A stretch of DNA of 64,000 bases, taken from assembly GCF_000002075.1 (NCBI RefSeq), contig NW_004797311.1, forward strand, positions 673,968 to 737,967, given 5' to 3'. Source of the DNA: Aplysia californica (taxonomy: Eukaryota). Below the pieces are notes generated by a model. It did no database searches and was not told the origin of the DNA. It was given only the letters and a program-made list of their open reading frames with translations. Below are positions 54,301 through 64,000 of the stretch, piece by piece; the stretch's first letter is position 1; the number at the start of each line of letters is the position of its first letter. The translations under genes were made by a program, and so were the position numbers.

Positions 54301-57300
54301 AATGTTTATGAGCTTCACCTTGTGAACTTATTTTCCAAATGCAGTTGAACCGGCTCTATTGATCACCTGCCCAAGACAATAACCTGTACAAATGACCATT
54401 TCCCACTTCCCTCTTTTCACTTTATCTATATTATAATGACATTGGCCTCTAGGACCTTCTGTCTATATTGACCACTTATCTCCTTGAGGATATGTGTTAG
54501 GATATGCATTCCATGGAATGTTTTTTTAAATAGTTTATTTAGGGAGAAATAAATTTGCACAAAGCAACAGGTATTTGTACTATCTCTTTGCATTTATTTG
54601 GAACATGGTTCCGGGTTACATACTCCACAACTTGGAAGCTTATAGCAGAAGAAAAGTGTAATTTCTAAGTATCTAGCTGTCGTACCGTACTTGTGGTAGT
54701 CATGTGAAAATCTATTTTATCTTCTTTACCTATTTGCTTGTATTCCCCATTTACAGAAAAACATAATGAAATTGGTAAGACTGTTGACATTATATTATTT
54801 TCCTTCTCCTTATGATGCATAAATGTATCTGGAGCTTTTTTCATACTTCTTAATTAATCTGTTTGCATTTTTCACATCTTTAGTTCAGCATTTTGTTTCA
54901 GTACGAACTGACCTGCATACTCTTTTTGTGATGATCGTGTCTACTTTAGAAATAAAATCAGTACATATATTTTGAGTTCTTGTGACTGTAGACTCTTTTT
55001 TTTCAAGTTTCTGTCCTAGTTCAAGCGCGGGATGGATGCAACATTTAATAACGTTAGATCTTTAATGTATTTATCTGTTGTAAAATATGTAATATGTGTC
55101 ACAACATGATGGAATCAGGCGCTTGTCAATTTTTGGGCAAATGGAGTTTTTGGTATAATCTTATTAAAAGCCTGTTCACTTTCTTTTCTTTTGTTTAAAA
55201 AAAATCCTTCTCTTTCTCCTGCTTTTTTCTTTGCGTTCCCCTGCTAGATCTCAGGGGTAGTTGACTACTGGTTCTTCAATCTGCAGTGCAACTGATTTTT
55301 ACATATGTGAGCGTTTTTCTTACTTCATAGGGCCTCTTGCCATCAGGCAGCCTCATTCCGATTTCAAAAGTACTCTATATGTTTTTATACTGACTAGAGT
55401 ATTTTCAATTGGGATAGGAATTTTGAATATTTCCTGGGTGGCAGTTGAAGCCTAATCCTATCGATTTTAGGACCATCAAGGGATCTTTAACGTGCGCAAC
55501 TTGCACATAGGACTTCCGAGATTTGTTGCCTTTATCCATGAAGGCTAAGTGTTAGATCATACCTACCTTGACATCACATGTGTGGCTGAAAGACAGCAGT
55601 AAGAAGGAACCTGGAGTATAGTAAAATGAGTCAAGTGTATAGAAGAGAGGAGCCCTGAGGAGGCTGAAGAATTGGGGTGGGGGGGATGCAAGTGGAAAAA
55701 GTGGAGATGAAATCAGATGACAGAACAGGACTGGAGAACTGGAAAAGAGAAGAATGGAGGCAAATTTAGAGAAGGAAATTTTTCAGTCTCTGTCAGGTTT
55801 CGAACCCCGGACCTATTGAATGAGAGGCGAACACTCTACCTAAAAAAATCCTTTTGTCTTGAATAGAAGTTAATAGATATTTGTGATTGAAGGCGATGGG
55901 TCTCCTAGTGTCAGAGAAAATAGCCTCCCGAGTTTGGTGACTTCCACAGTTTGAGTGTCCTATGAAACTGACAATTTACCTTTTTTGTGCTATTGATCAA
56001 CGTTTTTGAGTAAAATTCATACAGAATTTGTGTTTTTAAATGGATAGAAAAGGTTTTGAGCCCAAGAGAAAAATGAGATAAATATTGCCCAGTGGGTGGA
56101 AAAATGCCGGTTCCTTTTTTTTCAATGTCAATATTTTGATGAGCACCTGATTTCACCAAGATGCCACATACAGTGGGTGTCGCATTCAATAAGGTTGCCA
56201 GGACCGGCTTTTTGTCCGCGTTGGATCCGACCTCTCGTTGAACGTGACTAAGGCTAAAGTAAAGAAAGGAGACAAGTTATTATATATATATTACACGATG
56301 TACCAATACCAATAATTAAAACAGTTGTTCCCCCTGATAACGAAAATCTCAAACAGCATCAGTGTGCGCGTGTTTTGACCTGTGTTCTGACCATCATTTC
56401 TGCATTTTAAAATATTTTTTTTTCAGAACACTTCTCGTGTGGAAACATACCCTCTCACATCTAGGCCTAGATATCTACATAAAGTAAAGGAGGGAGCTTG
56501 GATTTTCTGATCAAAGGAAGAACAGAAAATGGAAAAAAATCAAGGTCTCCATCTAGACCTACCCTTCCAGAGTTCATCCAGTTTCACACTGCCCGCTCAC
56601 CCCCTCTCTTCCCTACCGTAGGCCAACCCTCGTCCATCCTCTTGGCTTTGGGGCCCATATTAGGAGGCACACTAGATCTAGCAATACAATGTGTTAGAAA
56701 TCAAGGATGGGCCTTGTGCTTCGCGTGAGATGGAGAGAAAGGAGAAAAATTCTTTGCTTTTGGGGCCACTAATTGCTTTTATTTGGTTATCGCGACCTCG
56801 TTGAAAGCGACTTCGGTCTGTTTGGAACCTCGTTGGAGCTGACGTACATTTACAAAGAGATATAGAGAAAAAAAATAGAGGATTAAGAATTGCCTCGTTG
56901 TTGCCGACTTCTCGTTGAATGCGACACCCACTGTATATTTCTTAACTTTACACTTATTGCTCTCAAAACTTGCTTCATTGTACTTGTAACCTTGTTTTTA
57001 CAGTGTTATCAAGAACTTTTTGTAGCCTCTTAGTTTTTACAAATCAATTTTTTAAGTTGGTGATGGTGAACTTTTTTTTCCTCTTTTAAGTAGGAAAAGA
57101 ACCCTCATTGTGTGTTCTTTTTGCAAAGGCTTGCTTTTCTTAAGTAGCACCTTTTTGCTCATTCTCATATGCATTCAAGATTTCATGTACGTAAAATCAG
57201 CAAACAGCAGTTGCTTAGAGGAAGTTTTTTCATTAATTTCTTTCTTGTTGCCTTACCTGGCTGAAAGGGATAAGTTACGCAGTAAACCTTTCAGGACTTT

Positions 57301-60300
57301 AATTTTTACTTTGGGGGTGGGGGATGAATAGTCGGCAGCCTTTTACTAACAGAGGTGCTACTCCCTTTGCTGGTGGGGATCTACTCTTACGTTACCTCGC
57401 CGGTGACATCTTTTTCTCATTGTCTGTCCAACTCTTTTTGGTACCGATAGTGCTAATACTATTTATCTGTGTCAAGCAGGGCATTGAAGATAGTTTGATT
57501 ATGATGAAACTCAAAGTCAAAACACTAATTCATCTATTCTTTTCTGAAAATATGCTTTTTGTTAGTTGTTAGTAAACATTGTGAATTGGCTGGGCTGTAT
57601 GATATGGACATCAATATTTTTTGTGATGTACCCATCTGTTTGTCAAATTATTGTCTTCTTTTCAGTGTTGGCACTTCTTTTGCTATTCATCCTTCCATTT
57701 CTTCAGAAAATAGGTTGTTGTTTTTTTATTAATTAAAAACTGATTTTAGTGAATATGATTTCGAAAGGTATACCTGTTCATGTCTGCCAACATGAGGCAC
57801 ACTTGGAACATTATATCAATGCTCTTTTATTAGAGTGAATAGCTTAAGAACACTTTCGTTTCAAATTTATTATGTCTGTCTTTTGGGTTGTGAGCCATGT
57901 TTGAATAGTTGAATGTAATTGATAAACTCTTAATGTGTTTGATGTTTATATCGAGGGTATTCTCTTAAATGCTCTGTAATGTTCACAAATTGTGAGTTGT
58001 CAAGTTTTTTTTAGTTTATAGAAATCCTTTATACTATCGTTGTCATACCAAACCACTGACCTCCATATATATTATGTATGGAGAGAGGTCAAGACTTCGA
58101 CAGTTTTTATGTGCTTCCAACCCTCCCCCCTGTTTTGTATCCTATCTCATAATGTGGCATGTCGAGGGTAGGTTTGGTGACAACTCTGTTGTATTGTCAA
58201 TTCAATGTGTATGTAGCTCCTGTTACTGTATTTCTTTTTACATCCTTTTTCCATAATATGTAGGTAACAATGGCGCAGGCATTAACTCTAATGTACTTTC
58301 TGCTTTTCTTTTGCAATCAGTAGTTTTATTTTTAAATTTGTGACGCATACATTTGATTTTCTTTAATAAAAAATTATTTTTAAAAATATATATATTAGCC
58401 CTTCTCAGCTTTGCTTTTGCTCATATTATCTTTCTCATAACAGAAAAAAATGTCACACCTTAATTTTCCTTAGCTGGGACTACTGTAATTTTCTCTTTGG
58501 AAGTACCAGATAAAAGAACTGGCTTTATCATTTGCATCAATTTTGACCCATATGCAGGACGATAATAATACTTTTTATTTTATTATTGTATTATACTTTT
58601 ACTATTTTAATGTATAGTTGCCCACAAATATGACTGGACATCTTCTGACCCTGAGTATGAAATTCAACTTTTTACATAGATCTGATGTACAAAAAATAAA
58701 TGATGCGCAGCATATGTGGAGGCTACAAGGAAACAGTTTGTAGTGAAACACGTTTTAAAATGTTGATATTGCATAACATATGTCTCTCTAAGAGGTCAAT
58801 AATATTTGATTAGATTTTTACACATTTGCCGTAATGTTATTTTCTGTCAAAGCACAGCTTTCTTGCTGAATGTCTTTTGAATGAAGGAAGTACTTTTTCA
58901 GTCACACATGCATGTATCCTCCCCACCCACCCCTACCCCCATGTTTGTCCTTGAGAATTACCATGGGAATCAATCGTCTTATATTGACCTTTTTTTCAGG
59001 GAATGGACAAGAAAGTCATCAAGAATGCGGGAAATATTCAGCCCTGACAGCAGCATTTGTTCATCCTCATCACAGGCCTCCCCTCGTAATCTGACACCAA
59101 TATCCAAAGGCAGACCAGTATACAACACTATTCGGAGTAGCACCCCCCAGTCTTCGCGGGCGTCTGCAGGCAAAGTGTCTAAATCTTCCTCTCAGCTGTA
59201 TGACGCTCGAAAGTACTCTGAGACATTTGGGTATAAAATTGTATTAGGGGATATAGACAATAAAGAACCTTATGATGGAGAAGCAGGAAGTGTCAGAAAT
59301 AAATCAGAGTCAAGAGCTGATGTTGCAAGTTCAGAAGATTATTGTAAATTTTTAACAGGGAAAACAGACTCTTCCTCAGATATAGTCCGAAATGGGGATG
59401 GGCTCCCAACAGAGGAAGATTCTCTAGTGAAAAGCGATCCTGTAAGGTTGTCCGAAGTTGAAATGAAGTACAAGAAATACCAGAGTTCAGAGGCCAGCAG
59501 CACAGAACTGTCATTAGAAGACAGTAGGGCTCACGCCAATGGTCATCGGGACTCGTGGTTGGAGTCCCAGAACACTGCAAGGTCCAGCACATCTAAGAAG
59601 TCTGTACTATCTGTCAGGTCAGACAGGTCACATTCATCTCGCTGCTCACTGGCACACTCTGGAAATGAAGTGGAGCACTTGCACTTCCCATCTCGCCAGT
59701 CAGGTAATTATGATTCCACTAGATCAGAGGATGGATCAATAACTGAAAGGACTGTGTCATCTCAGACAATGACTCCCCGGAGGTCAAGGAGCAGTGCTAA
59801 GAATGTTGAGCCTATCCTGACTGTTATTTCATCTGAAGAAGTCCCTCGCCTAGGCATTACATCTTCTCTTAATGATACAAATGGTAGAAACAGTAGCTTC
59901 AGTTCTTCCAGAATTGAAGATTACATGACAGCAGAGGAAAAGGCTAAGGCTCATCCTGATCACAGGGCCAGTGAGGATAGAATTAACTCCATTGAAAACA
60001 GGGCAGTGGAGAAAGATATGGAGATTGGGGATCAGAGAGCAGAGGCCAGTGTTAGACCATATTTGGCAGATGAGGGCTACATTAACACAGAGGATGTTTC
60101 TCGTTCCGTACCCCCGGTGTCCCACACAGAGTGTGCTGATGGGGATAAGGCATCTGGTGAACAACAGAATAAGTCTGGGGGGGAGGGTAACCAAGGCGAA
60201 GGGGATGGTGAAACTAAGGAAGAAGACAAAGGTACCTCGGAGAAGACAGTGGAGGGAGATGGCAGTGCACAGAAACCAAGCTCTAGCAGGACCGTGAAGG

Positions 60301-63300
60301 CAAGGAGGGACAGTGTGCAGAGTGCACCGGCACAAGCGATGACACATGACAGAAGACATAGCTCAACCAGTAATAAGACTCCTGTTGTGATTCCGAAAAG
60401 AGCAAATGAGATGGAGGGAATGGAATCTGAACGAGGGGAGGACCAGTTGCGAGACACTCAGTTTGACCGAGGAGTGATCCCTGACACTAATTCAGTGCCG
60501 GCTAAGAAAAAAGTGGAAAGGGGAGATGATACTCCTCGTGTGAGTATGGAGGAAAGAACGAGACTAACAAAGTCAGCAAAACAGCGTGGTAGATCAGAAT
60601 ATCTCACAATGGATGATGATGAACGAGGTCTGGAGAAAGAATATTTTCAACCTTTGGCGACTGAGAAGGAAGAGTATTACACATCGGATGTGTCAGCAAA
60701 GGAAAGTGAGATTGGCTCCCCTCCAAGCACAAGACCGTCCTCTGCTTGCAGCCAGTCATCAAGTTCCACCGTGAAATCAGATGGCAAAAAACGCAAGAAA
60801 AAATCTTTGCGCAGATTTTCTAAAGCAAGTGCTGGGGTAGCAGAAGCTGTAGAACCTGAAATTAAAGAAGAGAGCCGGCCGGCATCAGCTGCTAGTAAAG
60901 ATCCCGATGGGAGAGGAGATGACAGTAACAGTATCAAAGATGCAGGTGCTTCTAATGGCAAGAATAAGTCAAGTGAAAAAATGAAGAGTCCCTCTGGAGA
61001 GATGGATGAGGCAGGTGACAAGAACACTGATGTTCGTCCAAATTCACGGTCCAGTCAAGCATCTTATAGTAAAGCAAAAACAGAAAGTAACTACACGAGA
61101 CCCCAGTCTGCCAGCTCCAGAGGAAGCTTTACAGCTAAAGAAAAGCTCGGAACTGGTCAAGGATATGCTATTGATGGAGAAGTATTGAACAGGGGAATAG
61201 ATGACAACACTCCCAGGACTCTAAGGGAACTAGAGCGTGATAAAGAGGATCAACTGGCCATGGAAAATCGTCAGAACGTAGGAGAAGCTTTTCATAAAGT
61301 AGAAGGTTTAGATGAAGCAATGAGGCCAGACTCTAGGAGTAGCAAATGCTCTATGAAGTCCTCGGAATCGGCTAAGAAGGCTGAAAGTACCAAGCTGAAA
61401 TCAAAGAGCCCTGACCAAGAGCCACAGTTACGCCCTTCTTCTGGCACAAGTCTGAGGTCAGTCAAATCTACTGGTTCCAAGAGTTCCCAAAAGTCAGACA
61501 AAAAGGAAAACTTGGTTGATAAGTCGCATAATTCTGCTGTTGGACAACCTGCAGGTCAAAATGTTATCATAGAAACAAGTCCTGAAGGCAGTCAGAATGT
61601 TGAGAAAAAGGAGACTGAGAAAGTATCTGCTGCGAGCGACTCTGGGGGAGGTTTTGTCGAGACAGGAGTCGAATCTGTAGAAAATGCCACTGGTAATGGT
61701 GAGTTTGATCAAGACACTGAAAAGAAAATTGATGCTGTCCTTCCAAAAACACAGAGTTATGAAAAGGAAACAGCAGAAGCCACTGCTCCAAGTGGAAATC
61801 AAAGTGAACTTAACCAAGATGTCCCTGTTGAAGAGAAGGCTTTTGTTGAGAATGAATCAAATGAGACGGAAATACTTAAAGGGGCTGTCTCTGGATCAAA
61901 TTCACTTGAAAAAATTTTGTCAGGAGTCAATGAAGGGCCTATAGATTTCAGGCCTTTATCGGCATCGACGGCAAAATCCGTTGGCTTGGAGCGTGAAATT
62001 TTCATTGACTGTAAAAGATCAGCTGTTCCACAGCCATCCAAGATCAGTGAAGTAACAGAGATTGAAGACAATATAACCACAGCTAGGGAAACACATCGTT
62101 CGGCGATATCGCCTAAGAGTGTGAAAGACAAAATAATTATTCCTCATCCAGCAGAAGTTGTTAAAGTAGAGAAGAAGGAAGCTGTGGGTCCGGTGCTTAA
62201 TCTAGCAGATGTGAAATTGGAATCCCAACAAGATTTGCCAGCTGATGCTTTGGTCCATCCGAGTATGAAGCGCAAAGAGTCAAAGGCTGACTCAGAGAAA
62301 AATAGTGAGAAAGGTCTTGTGGTGGCAGCTGGTGCTGAGCAAGAGGAGACTGAACATTCTTCACAAAAAGAAGACCGTGTTAAATTGCCTTCTGAAGATA
62401 TAGAATTTGGAGGGCCTGAACATTCGTCAAATCAGTATACTAAGGAAGTGGAAAGACCACCATCTGTAGCAAGTAAAAAATCTGCTAGCAAGGAAATAGA
62501 AAGACCACCATCTGTAGCTAGTCAGAAATCTGCTAGCAAAGAAGTTGAAAGACCACCATCTGTAGCTAGTCAGAAATCGGCTAGCAAAGAAATTGAAAGA
62601 CCCCCATCTGTATCAAGTCAGAAATCAGCTGGCAAAGAAGTTGAAAGACCACCATCTGTAGCAAGTCAGAAATCAGCTAGCAAAGAAGTTGAAAGACCAC
62701 CATCTGTAGCAAGTCAGAAATCAGCTGGCAAAGAAGTTGAAAGACCACCATCTGTGGCAAGTCAGAAATCAGCTAGCAAAGAAGTTGAAAGACCACCATC
62801 TGTAGCAAGTCAGAAATCAGCTGGCAAAGAAAATGGAACCCCACAGGCTGTGGTGAGTCCAAAATCTGGTGGTGAAAATTCTTTTCCAACGCGAAATGAA
62901 AAGTTTGAAAATGGAGAAATGGAGCCAGGTCACCCATATCAGTCTTTTGAGGATAAAGAAGCTGGTATACCAGCATCGAGTAAGAATGTTCTTGAAGCAG
63001 CTGTGGTTGCTATCCCTGGAAATGATGTTAGAATTGCCACAAATGAAGTTAAGGGCTACGCAGAAGCTTCTCAGGACATACCAGTGGGGGAATATAAATT
63101 AGGAGGAGAACGTCATGGATCCAGCCAGTTGGAGAAGCCCATTGGAGTAGCTTCCACATTTGATACACAAACATTTTCATCTGTTGAAGTACCATGTGAA
63201 CATTTTGGTGCAGAACAAATTGGAACAGCTCAGGAAAGGTCCCCATCTGCTGGAAGTCAAAAGTCCATTCCAAAAGAAGGAAAGATTGAAAGGCTAGCAT

Positions 63301-64000
63301 CTGCAGGTAGTCACAGGACTGTGCCAAATGAAGAGCCGATTAGGTCCCCATCTACGGAAAGTCAGAAGCTGGCAAATATAGATACTGAAAGACCACCATT
63401 AGTGGCAAGTGACAAGTCTATTCCCAAAGAAGGAACAGTTGGAAGGCCCCCATCTGCCGGAAGTCAAAAGTCTCTTCCAAAAGAAGTAACAGTTGAAAGA
63501 CCCCCATCTGCAGGAAGTCAAAAAGTAACAGTCGAAAGGCCCCCATCAGCAGGAAGTCAAAATTCCGCTGCAAAAGAAGTAAAAGTTGAAAGGCCCCCAT
63601 CAGCTGGAAGTCAAAAGTCCATTCCAAAAGAAAGGCCCCCATCTGTTGGAAGTCAAAGATCAGCAGCAAAAGAAGTAACAGTCGAAAGGACCCCATCTGC
63701 AGGAAGTCTAAAGTCACTTCCAAAAGAAGTAATAGTGGAAAGACCCCCATCTGCAGGAAGTCAAAGATCTGCTGCAAAAGAAGTAACAGTCGAAAGGCCC
63801 CCATCTGCAGGAAGTCAAAGATCTGCTGCAAAAGAAGTAACAGTCGAAAGGCCCCCATCTGCTGGAAGTCAAAAGTCTCTTCCAAAAGAAGTAACAGTCG
63901 AAAGGCCCCCATCTGCAGGAAGTCAAAAGTCCATTCCCAAAGAAAGGCCACCATCTGCTGGAAGTCAAAAGTCTCTTTCAAAAGAAGTAACAGTTGAAAG
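45321..64000 (+). CDS. Uncharacterised large protein (>1900 aa): possibly C2orf80-like N-terminus plus giant disordered RPxS-repeat region; 3' end beyond window
   Basis: Phase-consistent exons 45321-45376, 46271-46346, 48282-48499, 48876-49008, 51857-52016, 52586-52650, 54122-54186, 59000->64000. Reads MTFTPRDVKDVSALVAKKLELYMNVERREERFDPQGCYRTTPNMRTFDLMYHML... Confidence 0.7.
49029..49455. mobile_element. hAT-like non-autonomous element
   Basis: CAAACCTGCCAA ... TTGGCAGGTCTG termini; flanks GGCTCA / GGCTTA. Confidence 0.55.
49811..50050. mobile_element. piggyBac-type MITE
   Basis: TTAA|CCCTATCCGTTCG ... CGTACAGATAGGG|TTAA; a second internal left end TTAATCCTATCTGTACGC at 49897. Confidence 0.7.
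50680..51010 (+). mobile_element. Headless copy of the same SINE family, opposite orientation
   Basis: Reverse-complement similarity to 55255-55555 (e.g. AAAATCAGTTGCACTGCAGATTGAAGA). Confidence 0.7.
52848..53466 (+). mobile_element. Second copy of the about 180-bp retroposon, split by a MITE, 15-bp TSD
   Basis: CAAACTCGGTACTTT at 52833-52847 and 53467-53481. Confidence 0.8.
52904..53347. mobile_element. MITE with about 35-bp TIRs and TA flanks, nested in a short retroposon
   Basis: TGTGAGGCAGCGTGGTGGAATCAGGCTCTCGTCAA / TTGACGAGAGCCTGATTCCACCACACTGCCTCACA. Related end fragments at about 49535-49615 and 55095-55175. Confidence 0.88.
53941..54005 (+). repeat. 13-bp minisatellite x5 (CTCAGCRTACACC)
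   Basis: Direct reading of the sequence. Confidence 0.85.
55255..55840 (-). mobile_element. tRNA-derived SINE with Nin/Deu-like central domain
   Basis: Minus strand has GGTAGAGTG...GGTTCGAAACC (A/B boxes, 55840-55790) and the GCACGTTAAAGATCCC core motif at about 55480-55496. Confidence 0.7.
56171..56933. mobile_element. Tc1/mariner-type MITE
   Basis: Perfect 19-bp TIR CAGTGGGTGTCGCATTCAA / TTGAATGCGACACCCACTG flanked by TA; subterminal CTCGTTG repeats. Confidence 0.88.
59000..64000 (+). CDS. Giant (>5 kb) coding exon, Ser/Glu/Lys-rich low-complexity protein with tandem repeats
   Basis: Acceptor ttttttcag ends at 58999. The frame starting at 59001 (EWTRKSSRMREIFSPD...) is open wherever I checked it, up to the window end (...SQKSLSKEVTVE). 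It is absent from the ORF track, consistent with no stop being reached. Confidence 0.88.
62451..62831 (+). repeat. Coding minisatellite, 8 x 48 bp (ERPPSVASQKSASKEV)
   Basis: GAAAGACC units recur at exact 48-bp spacing: 62451, 62499 ... 62787. Confidence 0.95.
63234..64000 (+). repeat. Coding minisatellite of about 54-bp units with 39/42-bp variants (ERPPSAGSQKSLPKEVTV), about 15 units, open-ended
   Basis: Recurrent GAAAGGCCCCCATCTGCAGGAAGTCAAA; all length variants are multiples of 3. Confidence 0.93.

Noticed and set aside
55790-55840. tRNA gene
   Set aside because: Partial A/B boxes with no acceptor stem, attached to a SINE body.
63418-63981. Minus-strand 187-aa Leu/Phe-rich repetitive ORF
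   Set aside because: It is the antisense shadow of the plus-strand ERPPSAGSQK coding repeat.

Overview
Eukaryotic, intron-rich, AT-rich genomic scaffold with three N-gaps. It is metazoan and probably a lophotrochozoan invertebrate such as a mollusc (taxon is inference only). Three multi-exon genes were reconstructed by hand from GT-AG splice sites with consistent phases. (1) A minus-strand ALMS1-like centriolar protein gene has at least 12 coding exons in 48-14208; its 3' end runs off the window and its 5' end is unresolved. (2) A complete plus-strand SUPV3L1/SUV3 mitochondrial RNA helicase gene (16 coding exons, 24234-40201, about 785 aa) lies head-to-head with ALMS1. (3) An uncharacterised plus-strand gene (45321->64000) has a possibly C2orf80-like N-terminus and a >5 kb exon, missed by the ORF track, encoding a disordered tail with tandem R-P-P-S repeats. 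Non-coding DNA holds a rearranged RNase H-bearing LINE, a Foldback/MULE-like palindromic element with a 9-bp TSD, several MITEs, a short TSD-flanked retroposon family and an inverted pair of Nin/Deu-type SINEs. One 0.72 kb exon-containing duplication is probably an assembly artefact.
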